Shown: one piece after another, positions 31,576 to 42,633 of the stretch
Layout: each line of letters begins with the position of its first letter
How positions within the stretch are numbered: position 1 is the first letter of the stretch
DNA from: a virus
Lineage: Duplodnaviria; Caudoviricetes
Length of the DNA stretch: 61,010 bases
Direction: 5' to 3' (one strand)
IMG/VR virus record: IMGVR_UViG_3300008255_000145
Span: 1 to 61,010 of that record
Position numbers and translations under genes: made by a program
The notes under the pieces: generated by a model
What the model was told of the DNA's origin: nothing
Database searches by the model: none
Seen by the model: the letters and a program-made list of their open reading frames with translations, nothing else

Positions 31576-32220
31576 TTATTGTAAAACTTCAGTTGTTATT
31601 CTAAGTTGTTCAAGTTTCTTTGTAAATTCTCTTTTAAATTTAGCAGTACGTACGATATATTTCATTGGAGAACCATACCACATAGTACCACCAACCATTC
31701 TTGTTATATCTGAATCTCTTTCTATAAACCTTAACATATCTAATCCTTTTTTCTTAAAGACTACATCATATTCATTGAATATATCTTCTAAGAGGAATGC
31801 TAATTTATCTGATTCATATTTATTTTTTGACCATGGATTAAATTCTATTACTGTATCAAACACTTGTCTTCTAATCACTATTTTATATCCAGGAAAATTA
31901 GGATCTTCTAATTCTTTGTGTTTAGCCCATACGGGAGATCTAAGAGAAGCGGGCGAAAACTTATCGCTACTTACTTGTCCATATGTTCTACTAATGATTT
32001 TATGTCTTAGTGCTATTGTTTCAACATCACCTAAGCTCTCATATGCACTTGTAGCATTTAATACTATGTTTGGAAATTCATTTGTATGATTAAAATATTC
32101 ATTTAAAAATTTGTATACATCTTTAATAAATTCTGGAACATCATATCCAGCAAAATCTCTAGTATCAGTAAAATCTGATGGTAAAGATGGTTCTACTTTT
32201 AATATTAGTTCATCTATCAT
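31576..32220 (-). CDS. Putative tail terminator / neck protein
   Basis: Position between head-completion genes and the sheath. Confidence 0.55.
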   Translation of the reverse strand: MIDELILKVEPSLPSDFTDTRDFAGYDVPEFIKDVYKFLNEYFNHTNEFPNIVLNATSAYESLGDVETIALRHKIISRTYGQVSSDKFSPASLRSPVWAKHKELEDPNFPGYKIVIRRQVFDTVIEFNPWSKNKYESDKLAFLLEDIFNEYDVVFKKKGLDMLRFIERDSDITRMVGGTMWYGSPMKYIVRTAKFKREFTKKLEQLRITTEVLQ

Positions 32221-32732
32221 TTTATTACCTTGGCTATTGCTGTTTTGAATTCTCCGCGTCCATTAATTTCACTATGAGTTGGTATTTCTATTATAACAAA
32301 ATCTTTTAATGGTGTTACTGGATTTATAACATTACCTTCTTCATCTAGTGCTATTGTTACAAATACATCTTCTGATTTAACATCTAGGTCATTATCTAAG
32401 TAAAATAAATACTTACTTTCATTATCGACACCAGGTTCTTCAATTTGTAATGAAGCATAATATCTTAACTGAAAAGGTACAACATATGCCCTCACTAAGC
32501 TCTCAGAGCACTTATAGCCAGTAATTGTAGTGTTAGGATACCTTTTATCTAAAGGAACCTCTCCAGTCATTGCATACGCGTATGGAGACCTAATTAATTT
32601 ACCTCTTGAATCTCTTACCAGACTTTGTAATACTATCTGTGTACCTAATGGTCTAACTTCGTCTGTACCATTTATCATGGCAGCAAACTCTTTTCTCATA
32701 TCTATATCTACAGCAACATCAAAGTTATACAT
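32217..32732 (-). CDS. Putative head-closure / neck protein
   Basis: Position; beta-rich 171 aa ending in GRGEF. Confidence 0.5.
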   Translation of the reverse strand: MYNFDVAVDIDMRKEFAAMINGTDEVRPLGTQIVLQSLVRDSRGKLIRSPYAYAMTGEVPLDKRYPNTTITGYKCSESLVRAYVVPFQLRYYASLQIEEPGVDNESKYLFYLDNDLDVKSEDVFVTIALDEEGNVINPVTPLKDFVIIEIPTHSEINGRGEFKTAIAKVIK

Positions 32733-34068
32733 CTACTTCCCTCATAATGCCATTATATACAAGGCTATTAAGCATTCCATCTGATGGATAATATGAGGCA
32801 TTTATTGCAGGAGCATTAGTACCCCTTGGCCATAGTCTTCCTATGTCGCTAACGAATCTTTGTTTATTTCTGACAAAACCACCGCTACCCATAGAAGCCA
32901 TAGTAATTTCATATTTTCTTTTCCATTCTTTTATACCACCCATAAGACTATTATAAAGGTCTACTTTATTCTTACTGGTAATTGATAATGAGAAATCGGC
33001 TAATTTCTTAGATACTGAATCATGTAATCCACTATTCATATTATTTAATAATAATCCTTCTAATGTATACATAAGAACATATTTTTGCTTTATAAAATTA
33101 CTCATTTTAGAATCCATTGTGTAGAATCTAAGAAGGTAATCTATATCATTGGAGTAATATTGTATTAATGATGCTATATGTAAATCTGAATGTTTGGATA
33201 GGAGGGTTCCGGCCGCCAATCTTACTAACTTACTTGATACATAGTATGGAGTCATTACTGATAAATATGATAATTCAAAATCTACATCTAAGGTCTCTGC
33301 ATCTATTGACTGTAATGACTTGTCTATTTTAATTGTATATATTTTATTATTTTCATAATTAAGAGTAACGGTAATTATTGAACCAGCATACGCAATAGAC
33401 GCATCTTGTACTTCACTCTCTGGATAATCACTTAATAAGTCAGCACTGTAAACAGTAACAAAATCTGTAATGGTTACTGATTCGGCTATATCTTTATTAA
33501 ATGTTATTTTTGCTGCACTACTAATTAAGAATGAATCTTGATTAGGATATGTATTTAATACATAAAATGAAGTATTAACAACTGGTACGTAATCTATATT
33601 ATTATATATTACATTAGTACCTATTACTGTGTTTAATTCTGTTATTGCAGGAATTTCATCACTACCTAAGTCTTCTCTAAGAGTGGTAAATGACATGTGA
33701 TATATTGTGCCTAATTGTACGTCGTCAGTATCTGTGATAGTGTCCGATATATATACATCGTATTTAGTAAGTGGTGACAATAATGAATTCGGTGTAAATA
33801 CCAAATTAACATCATCTACTATAGAAATGGCGCCACCTACAAACACACTACTTTCTTCGTTAATAAAATTGTCAGTAGCAAACCTACCTGTATTAGTAGG
33901 GACTTTCCCGCTGTCTACCATTCCAACATTTGGATCTATATAAGATACAGTAATAGACCCGCCATCTAAAGATGTTGGGTCTATAATACTGTCAAATGTT
34001 ACTGTTATTACACTATTAAATGCAACCACAGAGCTATTGTTGTTCGGTATGGTTGATACAATATTCAA
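32725..34068 (-). CDS. Ig-like domain protein with probable head-tail adaptor C-terminus (447 aa)
   Basis: Two Big_5/SbsA-like repeats (IVSTIP..ITVTFDS.IDP..FTP..L..Y; VLNTYP..ITFNKDI), then PYYVS..SKKLADFSLS. Confidence 0.65.
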   Translation of the reverse strand: MNIVSTIPNNNSSVVAFNSVITVTFDSIIDPTSLDGGSITVSYIDPNVGMVDSGKVPTNTGRFATDNFINEESSVFVGGAISIVDDVNLVFTPNSLLSPLTKYDVYISDTITDTDDVQLGTIYHMSFTTLREDLGSDEIPAITELNTVIGTNVIYNNIDYVPVVNTSFYVLNTYPNQDSFLISSAAKITFNKDIAESVTITDFVTVYSADLLSDYPESEVQDASIAYAGSIITVTLNYENNKIYTIKIDKSLQSIDAETLDVDFELSYLSVMTPYYVSSKLVRLAAGTLLSKHSDLHIASLIQYYSNDIDYLLRFYTMDSKMSNFIKQKYVLMYTLEGLLLNNMNSGLHDSVSKKLADFSLSITSKNKVDLYNSLMGGIKEWKRKYEITMASMGSGGFVRNKQRFVSDIGRLWPRGTNAPAINASYYPSDGMLNSLVYNGIMREVDV

Positions 34069-34680
34069 TTAAGCAACCACTTCTTCTGCATTTACTTCGA
34101 TTTCTTCATCATCTACTTGCATAAAACCAGATGATTTACCAATAGCACCAATTCTTTTTTCAAAGAGTTTAATAATTGAAGTTCGAGCATCGTCGCCTTT
34201 CTCGCTTTCTTTTTCAATCGCTAATTGAAGCAACTTAAGATCTGCTATTCCTTCTTTAAGAGATTTGTTTTCATTGAGTTCTGCAGTACCAACTATTTTT
34301 TTGGTTTCGTTAAAATTATTAGCAAGTAGTTTTTCTACTTTTAAGTTAAGCGCCTTTAGGGCTTCTTCTTCTTTTTTCTTCTTTAAATCTTCCGCAGTAT
34401 TGATTGGTTCTTGTATAAAAGATTGTGGAACAACAGGTGCTGGTTTAGCTTTTTGAATACTTTCAAGAATAATATCAAAATCATTTGTTTGAAGATCTCT
34501 TCTTGTTATTCCATTATGTATCTCAATAAGTTGATCCTTAGTTAGTGTTGTTTCATCCAACTCTACAGATGGTGTCAATTTATTAAGAAAAACTTTATTA
34601 TCTCTAGTAAACCAATAAGGGATTTGAATTTGAGATCCATCTCTTAGGTTTCTATAATATCCTAAACTTATTTTTATCAT
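34069..34680 (-). CDS. Hypothetical protein downstream of the major capsid gene (203 aa)
   Basis: GGAG RBS; charged helical C-terminal half. Confidence 0.65.
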   Translation of the reverse strand: MIKISLGYYRNLRDGSQIQIPYWFTRDNKVFLNKLTPSVELDETTLTKDQLIEIHNGITRRDLQTNDFDIILESIQKAKPAPVVPQSFIQEPINTAEDLKKKKEEEALKALNLKVEKLLANNFNETKKIVGTAELNENKSLKEGIADLKLLQLAIEKESEKGDDARTSIIKLFEKRIGAIGKSSGFMQVDDEEIEVNAEEVVA

Positions 34681-34736
34681 TATATTCTCCGTTTGCTTGT
34701 TGATATATTCCGTATTGCGATATGGAATATATTTGA

Positions 34737-34773
34737 AAATTTAAACATATCCCACCTAATTAAAGGTGGGATA
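34737..34773 (-). terminator. Probable terminator hairpin after the major capsid gene
   Basis: TATCCCACCT/AGGTGGGATA 10-bp stem 15 nt past the stop; weak U-tract. Confidence 0.55.
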
Positions 34774-34787
34774 ATAATCTATCTTAC

Positions 34788-36005
34788 TTATAGAGTGATT
34801 ACTGCTGTACCAGCTTGGTCAGTGATAGGTGTAAAGGTACCACCGCTCATTGTAGGCTGAATACTTGGAGTCATTCTATTAGGCTCAACTTTGATGTATC
34901 TCATAACTGCAATAGCATTACCATCATTATAAGGTTGAATCGCATAACGTTCTCTCATTTTGATTTTAGTAATTTCATGCAATCTATCAGGTATCTCTTC
35001 CATTGTAGCTTCTTCTTCAACAATTAAAGCACCAAGACTATTCGAATCAACGAAATAGATATCAGTAAGTTTAGTTGTTTTATTATAAGGAACAAATGGA
35101 GAAGCAATGATTCTTATAGGTAGACCTAGGTATCCAGGTATTTTTGGAGAACCATTAGGAATATTTTCAAGATTACTCATTGCAGATGCAGGACCTGCAC
35201 CAGGACCGGCTTGTCCCATAGAACCTTGATTGAAAGGAAATTTGTTTTGTCCAGAACCATTCCAACCATTAAACCATGCACCACCACCGTGCTCTAATGC
35301 CATTGTTCGAAGAACAGGGTCACTTAAGAACATAGTATATGTCAATGGGTTAACAATTAATGTGTCTGCAATAAATCCATTTTCTAAAATTGCTGAGTAG
35401 GCTGCATAGATATCTTCTAATGTTAAAGAACCATTAGCTGTACCTGTATAGTCATATCCAGTTGTTGTACCAAAAATAGAATCACTAGGACTAACGTTGT
35501 TGTGAGTTGTGATACCAACGCTAGAGAGCATTGACCATATTTTTGATTCTTTCAATCTTGCTAACGCTCGTCCCATACCTCTAAGATATACATTAAGCAT
35601 ATCAAAGTTGCTATGTTTGAATAAATCATCAGAAAACTTGATCGCAAGACCAGATTTTCCCATGCTAACAATTTGAGCACCAGGTCCGAAGTTTAGACCA
35701 GTTTCTGGATATTCACCAGTTTGACCGATATCTTCAGCAACCATTGCGCCAATGTTAGTAGCGAATGAAATTTGCATACCATTTTGGTAGTTTACTCTCT
35801 CTAAAAGATTAGTACCTACAAGCATTGGTTCAATTGCTTCTCTTACAATAGTTTCTACTACTGTAGGGAAGAAGTGTGTTGCATTTTCGTGAGAAAGCGC
35901 ATCTTTAAGCTCTACTCTATCTACTTCACCTTCTTTGTGGAAAACTCCACTTGATTTAAAGACACTTAAATAATCTTTAAAATCTTTACTATCTTTGAAT
36001 TTCAT
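34788..36005 (-). CDS. Major capsid protein (HK97 fold, 405 aa)
   Basis: FPTVVETIVREAIEP, EDIGQTGEYPE, KSGLAIKFSDD, GRALARLKE, DTLIVNPL, IKMRERY; lies after the protease and decoration genes. Confidence 0.9.
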   Translation of the reverse strand: MKFKDSKDFKDYLSVFKSSGVFHKEGEVDRVELKDALSHENATHFFPTVVETIVREAIEPMLVGTNLLERVNYQNGMQISFATNIGAMVAEDIGQTGEYPETGLNFGPGAQIVSMGKSGLAIKFSDDLFKHSNFDMLNVYLRGMGRALARLKESKIWSMLSSVGITTHNNVSPSDSIFGTTTGYDYTGTANGSLTLEDIYAAYSAILENGFIADTLIVNPLTYTMFLSDPVLRTMALEHGGGAWFNGWNGSGQNKFPFNQGSMGQAGPGAGPASAMSNLENIPNGSPKIPGYLGLPIRIIASPFVPYNKTTKLTDIYFVDSNSLGALIVEEEATMEEIPDRLHEITKIKMRERYAIQPYNDGNAIAVMRYIKVEPNRMTPSIQPTMSGGTFTPITDQAGTAVITL

Positions 36006-36021
36006 TTGGATTCTCCTAGTT

Positions 36022-37035
36022 TTATTGAACTAATAAATTAATTCTAACGGTTTTAGCTGTTGCAGCAGTTGTTTCGCCAGCCGAATATAAGTTATGTGGT
36101 AAACCATCAGTCGCACTACCAGAAGGTATGTTGTATTTTGGTGTAGATGTAATACCTGCATCATAAGTTCTAACCCATTGCAAGAATCCTTGTGGATATT
36201 GATCGTTAATGAAGTAAATTCTACCTAATGATTCATTTGCTGCTTTATTTGCCCAAGATATTATTCTGTTAAACTCTACTGTCAATTCTGCATCAGTTAC
36301 TGTATTTGGTGTATATGATACATAAGCAGAAGCTGCTAATGGATTGAATGATGTAAAGTTTGAATTAGCCGTAAATGTAACTAAGCCATTATTAGAAGGG
36401 GTTCCTTCAAATACTGCAAGTCCAGGAAGGGCTATATTTGTTAAATTTGCAACTACAGGTAGCTCAATGAAATATCTAGTTAAGATAGTCACACCGTGTT
36501 GTAAGCTCCAGTTGTTGTTTGTAAAGTTTGCAGAACTACCAGCTTGATAGCCATTAAAATATCCAGCACCATTTTGTTTGATGATATTTTGTGGGGCTAT
36601 ACCAAGAGGTGCACTTACAAATGTTAATTGTGTATTTGTTGAATCATAATTGCCAAAGAATGATGCTACTACTGGTTCATTTAATGTTACTGCATCGCCT
36701 TGTGCGTTCAATACGCCATTAGCCACATCTACAGAACTATATACGTTAGCGAAAGCCGCTGTACCTGTAATAAATTCAGCCTTTGTATTATATGATGTGC
36801 TACTAGATAATGCTACTTCAACGTCTTTGCTTAAACCTGCAAGAACGATGAAACCGTTGTTATCTCGTGCAACTACTTTACCGTATGAGATAACTACATA
36901 GTCATCTAACTTGTCGTCATATCTTACTAATGGTAAATAAGAGGCAGCAACATAAAGTTTAGCTACTCTAGTACCTTCAGAAATCTCGACATTAGGTGTT
37001 TGGATTCCAAATGGAAGTTTATTTGCTTTAAACAT
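36022..37035 (-). CDS. Capsid decoration / cement protein (337 aa)
   Basis: Between the protease/scaffold and capsid genes; VVISYGKVVA..PLGIA; RBS AAGGAG. Confidence 0.6.
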   Translation of the reverse strand: MFKANKLPFGIQTPNVEISEGTRVAKLYVAASYLPLVRYDDKLDDYVVISYGKVVARDNNGFIVLAGLSKDVEVALSSSTSYNTKAEFITGTAAFANVYSSVDVANGVLNAQGDAVTLNEPVVASFFGNYDSTNTQLTFVSAPLGIAPQNIIKQNGAGYFNGYQAGSSANFTNNNWSLQHGVTILTRYFIELPVVANLTNIALPGLAVFEGTPSNNGLVTFTANSNFTSFNPLAASAYVSYTPNTVTDAELTVEFNRIISWANKAANESLGRIYFINDQYPQGFLQWVRTYDAGITSTPKYNIPSGSATDGLPHNLYSAGETTAATAKTVRINLLVQ

Positions 37036-37064
37036 CTGAAAATCTCCTTAAGATTATTGAATAA

Positions 37065-38897
37065 TTAATTTTCTTTTGAACTTTCTATAAGTTCTTTAAT
37101 TCTTTTTGTAGAATCTATCATATACTTTTCAGCTTGTCCAAAGTTAATATTTAATAGAGTTCTATAGTTGTTTGATTGCTCATCTTTCATTTCTTGAATC
37201 TGTTTAGGAGTAAATTTCACTTTATTCTTATTGCTATCAATGTTGATATTGTCATCTTCTAAATTAGAATTTGTGTTTGAATCTAATTTAGTGAAAATAG
37301 CAACCATATCTGAATATGTTGATTTTAAAGAATCAAGAGAACGTCCTTTGAATTGTTCGCGTAATGTATCAGAGTCTAGAGAAGGATCTTCTTTAGTTCT
37401 AAAAGATAATAATTTTTCAATATAATTATCTTTTAATTCTGAAGCCAACGAATCTGCAGTTTGGACAAGTGCAGAATATTTTGCTTGTTGTACTTTGCTT
37501 TCGTATTTAAAATTATCAATTCTAGCCATCATGTCAGCAAGTTCATCTGTAGCAAGAGAAGTAACTAATTCATTTTTGAATTCTTTATCATTCAAAATAG
37601 AATCAATTAATTCTTGCGCATCTTCTTTGCTATCTGAGTATTTTTGTACTAAAACAGATAATAGGGCTTTTTCTTTATCTTCTTTTTCATCGGCAAGAGA
37701 CCATTTTTCGTCAACGAATGTAAATGTTAATTTACTCTCATCTGTATTATCATCTTGTGATAGATTTTTGTCTACATTGTTATTAGTAGCTTCTAATCTT
37801 TTGTTAAGAAAATCAAGTAATTCAGCTTTTTCGTCACAGTCTTCTACTTCATTTAAAAGTAAAATAGAGGCATTAACTGCATCTGTACTGTTTGCTAAAA
37901 CTAAACGCTTTGAGCCTACGAAAGCATCATCATCAAGAGATTTTACTTCATCTAATGTTAATCTAGAATCTTCTGGCATTTTCTCTAATGTTTGACTATA
38001 TAGAGAGTCACCAAGTTTTTTAAACTCTTTGATTTTCATGAGTGCTCCGTTTGTTTGTTGTTTGTTTATACTGTCATTAAAAGTAAAGTTTACATCACAC
38101 TGTCCTGCGCATCCTGAGTTAGCTAGGTATTTAATAGCCACATTATCTTTTTTCGCATTGTCTTTCTTGTGGATTTTTAAATAAGAAGTATTTCCAGCAT
38201 TTTCATCGGCCGGTGCATTTACGTAACTTTTTTCGAAGTATCTTAATTTACCAAATATTATATACGTAGGTCCATGTCCATAATCCTCTCCAGTAGTATG
38301 ATCACAATCATAGTATGAGTTACCACATTCACTGCATACAATACTGTTTGTATCGTAACCCATAGATATTGTATCATATGTTTTGTTAAGAATTTTAGTA
38401 ATGGCATCTTCATTAACAATGTTAGATGTTGTTTCTAATCGCCCTAAACCAAGATTACCTTTTGTAAATAATATATTATTGTATTTTCGTAATTTTGTAT
38501 GTATATTTTTTGTACTAAGAGACATTCCGAGGAAGTCGCTTATTTCTCCGCCTAACATATTGTGTTTAAATGTATCAAAAGTATTAACGTATTTTCCGCC
38601 GACAACTCTTCCTATTGCATCTGTATATAAATCGTGATGTGTAAGAACTGGAATATTATATGGATCTGTTAAGCTATCAATGGACTGTTGCATTGAAGCA
38701 GGTAAGTATAAATGGAAGTGGGATGTCAATTTCATTGAGTGCGCATCAATCGAATCCACCATTAATCCTTCTAATTGGTCATGATCTCTATAGGTTTTTT
38801 GTGTTTCAACAGATTCTAATATATTATCAGTTAATCTATTGGTATCATAATTGCCATAGCCATCAATATTAATCTTTAGGTAATCATAAAATTTCAT
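37065..38897 (-). CDS. Prohead protease fused to scaffold (610 aa)
   Basis: PVLTHHD..AIGRV, TISMG, CSECG..CDH, EKSYVNAPAD; acidic coiled-coil C-terminal half. Confidence 0.85.
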   Translation of the reverse strand: MKFYDYLKINIDGYGNYDTNRLTDNILESVETQKTYRDHDQLEGLMVDSIDAHSMKLTSHFHLYLPASMQQSIDSLTDPYNIPVLTHHDLYTDAIGRVVGGKYVNTFDTFKHNMLGGEISDFLGMSLSTKNIHTKLRKYNNILFTKGNLGLGRLETTSNIVNEDAITKILNKTYDTISMGYDTNSIVCSECGNSYYDCDHTTGEDYGHGPTYIIFGKLRYFEKSYVNAPADENAGNTSYLKIHKKDNAKKDNVAIKYLANSGCAGQCDVNFTFNDSINKQQTNGALMKIKEFKKLGDSLYSQTLEKMPEDSRLTLDEVKSLDDDAFVGSKRLVLANSTDAVNASILLLNEVEDCDEKAELLDFLNKRLEATNNNVDKNLSQDDNTDESKLTFTFVDEKWSLADEKEDKEKALLSVLVQKYSDSKEDAQELIDSILNDKEFKNELVTSLATDELADMMARIDNFKYESKVQQAKYSALVQTADSLASELKDNYIEKLLSFRTKEDPSLDSDTLREQFKGRSLDSLKSTYSDMVAIFTKLDSNTNSNLEDDNINIDSNKNKVKFTPKQIQEMKDEQSNNYRTLLNINFGQAEKYMIDSTKRIKELIESSKEN

Positions 38898-40606
38898 AAC
38901 AAGGAATTCCTTTCTTTATTTAACGTAAAAATTATCTGGTTTACAGCTAAATCTTTTACATTAAGAGAATCTTTATCTGTATTTATATCATTAATGATAG
39001 AATGAACTTCATCTTTTATCTGAGATATATTATACAAAACTTTAAGTGGCATATCAAGGGATAAAATGTACTCTAGTGTCTTATTGACAACAATATCTGT
39101 GCTATTTTCATCTATTTTACTAATAATACCATATAAAGACTCTGGGTCTATTGAAGATTTTGCTTTTGTTGGACCTAAATTAGTCCCGTGTTGATTAGTT
39201 GGTTGCTGTTTATTTTGGGCTTCTTTATTAACAGATAGGGACATATCAGCTTCACCCTGTAATTCTATTGTTTTTTTTGTATAAAGTTCAAAGTTGGTTT
39301 TAGATCTGTCTTCTTCAGTAAATGGTTTTCTACCCAACTTTTCGCGAAGTTCATCTTCTTGTATTCCATTTTGTTGGAATATTAATTGATAGTGATTTTG
39401 TAGTTTAATCATGTTTTCAATATCTACTTCATTCCAAGTAAATTTAACTCTATGTTCATCTGCTAGAACATTTGAATTATATTTCTCAAGTAAGAGTGGA
39501 TTTATAATAAACATTTCGATTTGCTCTTTTATTTCATTTTGATAGTCTTTAACATCATCTATTAGTATTTTAGATGCATTGTCGGCAGTGGAGCGATTCA
39601 TGCCCTCCCCCTCTCCCATATCTAGATTAGAGACACCAACAGATGTATATGCTCTTTTCTTAAAGTGTTCTAAATACTTTTCTACATCTAATACAGATCC
39701 ACTGCCAAGTAGCTCAAATTTATGTCTATGAGAAACAACCAAAGAACCACTAGATGGCATAGATTCTAACTTTTGAGTATATACATCTATTTCATCTTCT
39801 CCTGTTATTAGTTGTCCTGCAGGATACTGATCTGTTCCTATTGATACAACTAATAGTGGGAATAAATGTTGTTCTATTAATAGTTCTACATTCTCTTCTA
39901 TTCTTCTTAGTGCTCTTATATCATCAACTGCAGGTAATAATGCCGGAGGTGCCATATTAAGACCACTTCTTGGATTCATTCTAATGTGCTTAATTTCACT
40001 AGTATTAAATTCTCTAAACCTACCATCTGGTAATATTTGCATATACTTAATAATATGACCATCTTTATTAAGTTTAAATCTCATAGTTTCGGGTGCTATT
40101 AATGTGTAGCCTATAATCTTTTTAACGGGTTTGCCAATGACTCCATTTAATGCGCCATTGGGTATAATAGAAGATTTATGTTCTCTAACATAGGCATTAT
40201 TAAATCTAATTGTATCTCCAACAAGATTCTTAAAGAATAGTGTCATTGATTGTTTCTGTATAATACCTATTTCATTAAATCTTTGTTCAATATACCTTAC
40301 AGTCTTTCCATTTTCCCCAGTTAATCTCCATCCTTCTTTTGATGCAAGAGCTCTTTTTATTTTAATACTTCTTTTAATGATGCCATCTACATCTTCTGCT
40401 TGGGATATATCATATAGATTATACTCTGGTAATTCAAAACCATTATATTCCATATGCATATTTCTAAATCCAAGAGTAGTTTTCATAGATCTTGGTATTA
40501 CATTAAAGCTGCTAGATAATTCTGGAATAGTAGGAATTATTGCCCCACCCTCTATAGGCAGATTAATTATATTATAATCTTTATTTGTTGATGTTATTAT
40601 TTCCAT
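38894..40606 (-). CDS. Portal protein (570 aa)
   Basis: Upstream of the protease. NAYV..LIAPETM..IKHIR..PALLPAVDDIRALRRIEE..NRSTA..ELREKLGRKP. Confidence 0.85.
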   Translation of the reverse strand: MEIITSTNKDYNIINLPIEGGAIIPTIPELSSSFNVIPRSMKTTLGFRNMHMEYNGFELPEYNLYDISQAEDVDGIIKRSIKIKRALASKEGWRLTGENGKTVRYIEQRFNEIGIIQKQSMTLFFKNLVGDTIRFNNAYVREHKSSIIPNGALNGVIGKPVKKIIGYTLIAPETMRFKLNKDGHIIKYMQILPDGRFREFNTSEIKHIRMNPRSGLNMAPPALLPAVDDIRALRRIEENVELLIEQHLFPLLVVSIGTDQYPAGQLITGEDEIDVYTQKLESMPSSGSLVVSHRHKFELLGSGSVLDVEKYLEHFKKRAYTSVGVSNLDMGEGEGMNRSTADNASKILIDDVKDYQNEIKEQIEMFIINPLLLEKYNSNVLADEHRVKFTWNEVDIENMIKLQNHYQLIFQQNGIQEDELREKLGRKPFTEEDRSKTNFELYTKKTIELQGEADMSLSVNKEAQNKQQPTNQHGTNLGPTKAKSSIDPESLYGIISKIDENSTDIVVNKTLEYILSLDMPLKVLYNISQIKDEVHSIINDINTDKDSLNVKDLAVNQIIFTLNKERNSLL

Positions 40607-42633
40607 TATCCCTTACTCCAATCTTTAATATCAAAAATAGATTTTAGTCCATCCATGTTAGGTATACATTTTGAAGAAGAAACATTACCCACAAAAAATG
40701 CTACTTGGTTATTTATATTTACTACTTTAAGTGATTTCATGTTTTTTTTGTAATTGTTAATTAAATCCATATCAATAATATTTGTTTTATCAAGCTTCAA
40801 TATATCATCTATAAAGCCATTAGTCAATGCTTGATCTACTGGACCGTCGACGAAATTATCATCAATGGTTGGATCAATTGGTTTTCCAGACCCCTTACCA
40901 CAATCACATTGTGTCCATTTATCCTCTGATTTAATATATATATGTGTACCTAATTTGCCGTTTTCACATGTACAGCTTTTTGTATCTCCATCATTATAAC
41001 CGTCGTTTCCATCTTCATTTCCATCATGATCTTTATCGTCGCCAGTTGGATCTATATTATCTTCATTACCTAATATAGTATCTATTAGGTCATCTGCTAT
41101 TATATTAATCCAAGGCTGTTCAACATATGCGGCAACTGCGCATACATTCTTATCTATGGATCTATCATTGCTTACATATCTTTGAATCTCCAAGAACATA
41201 AATAACAAAGAATTATAAAATTTAATAATATCCAATATATCCATTTTATTATATCCATCAACAAGACCTAATTGTTTTGATATTCCTAAATCAATAGGAA
41301 TCCCCGTTTCGGCTTTAGTCCATTGTTTTACTGCCTCTGTAAGATTTTTGATTATAGTTTCAACCTTTATTCTATAACTTTGTAGTGTAGATATAATAAC
41401 TGATGTATAGTCTGGCATTTGTATATCTGGTACTTCATAATCTATGGTATTCTTATTACTATTATCTCTATTGGTGATAGTGCCGCCAGTATCGTTCCAT
41501 CCGTCTATTATAGCATTTAATCCTTCAGTAGCCTTCCTTGCCTCATTATTTAAATGATTAACTGTACAATCTATAAGATTAGTAATAGTATATAATACCT
41601 GCATTGCTTGATCTAATAATATTTTAGTAAAGGCTTGCAATGTTATCTCCATTCCTATAGATAGAGAACCAGTAAGGTCTAATGAGGGTATGCCTAATTC
41701 TGCTATTTTACTTATCATTTCTATGGCTTGATTAATCATTGCTCTTATGGAAGCAATTATTAAAGCTATCTCTGGTAGACATCTTTTATTGTCCCATGCA
41801 GATTGTATTGCACATAAATGTCTAGAGAAAGACATGCCGGTTATTGCGTTGAGTTTTGCATTAATCATATTACGTAAGGCATTAATTGCATCAATAATAG
41901 ACATGTCTACCCAATTATTAAACCATTGATGTTTATCGAATGTTACATCCCATGACTTTCCAATAGCACTTAATGAGTCAAAGAAACATGGAATACATTC
42001 TTCTATTATATTATTAATGGTATTTAATCTTTTATCTACTGTATTTATTCCATCGCTCCATGGTGATATATTTTCATTAATATTTCTTAATATAGTATTG
42101 TCTGGAGGATTAGTATCTCCCCCTTTGCCTACTATTTTCATAATAGTGCTATTATTATTATTAATTTTTGCTATTTCATTAAGACAAAGTGCTGCTTTAT
42201 ATAAGTTACTAGGTGGGTGCGGGAGCTTTGATACAAATGCTTCAATTGCTTGATTAATTTGACCAGTACCACCATTCTTGGCTTTGTTGTATGCGGCCCT
42301 AGTTGATTCATCTAATAGTTTAATTTGTATAGATATATATTCTTTAGGCTGTAATATCAATTTATCTATTGGTAATACTGCTCTTCTAATTGATATAGGA
42401 ATCGAGGATATAGATACAGTTTCACCAGCAATCTCTGCCCTTTTAGTATGTAAATCTACAAGTGTTTCATATTCCTTAACAATCATTTTATTAAGGTCGC
42501 GAACATTTCTTAAGTCGGTGAGTTTCTGTGGAGCCTTTTCTGCTGATTCTAACTCGCCAATAGCAGGAACTGAATTGTTGTATACTTTTGGCTCGTCTCG
42601 TTTGGCATTAAGTTTTATTTTAAATTTATTCAT
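40606..42633 (-). CDS. Hypothetical virion-module protein (675 aa)
   Basis: Long coupled ORF, helical, with an acidic stretch and a Cys cluster near the C-terminus. Confidence 0.7.
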   Translation of the reverse strand: MNKFKIKLNAKRDEPKVYNNSVPAIGELESAEKAPQKLTDLRNVRDLNKMIVKEYETLVDLHTKRAEIAGETVSISSIPISIRRAVLPIDKLILQPKEYISIQIKLLDESTRAAYNKAKNGGTGQINQAIEAFVSKLPHPPSNLYKAALCLNEIAKINNNNSTIMKIVGKGGDTNPPDNTILRNINENISPWSDGINTVDKRLNTINNIIEECIPCFFDSLSAIGKSWDVTFDKHQWFNNWVDMSIIDAINALRNMINAKLNAITGMSFSRHLCAIQSAWDNKRCLPEIALIIASIRAMINQAIEMISKIAELGIPSLDLTGSLSIGMEITLQAFTKILLDQAMQVLYTITNLIDCTVNHLNNEARKATEGLNAIIDGWNDTGGTITNRDNSNKNTIDYEVPDIQMPDYTSVIISTLQSYRIKVETIIKNLTEAVKQWTKAETGIPIDLGISKQLGLVDGYNKMDILDIIKFYNSLLFMFLEIQRYVSNDRSIDKNVCAVAAYVEQPWINIIADDLIDTILGNEDNIDPTGDDKDHDGNEDGNDGYNDGDTKSCTCENGKLGTHIYIKSEDKWTQCDCGKGSGKPIDPTIDDNFVDGPVDQALTNGFIDDILKLDKTNIIDMDLINNYKKNMKSLKVVNINNQVAFFVGNVSSSKCIPNMDGLKSIFDIKDWSKG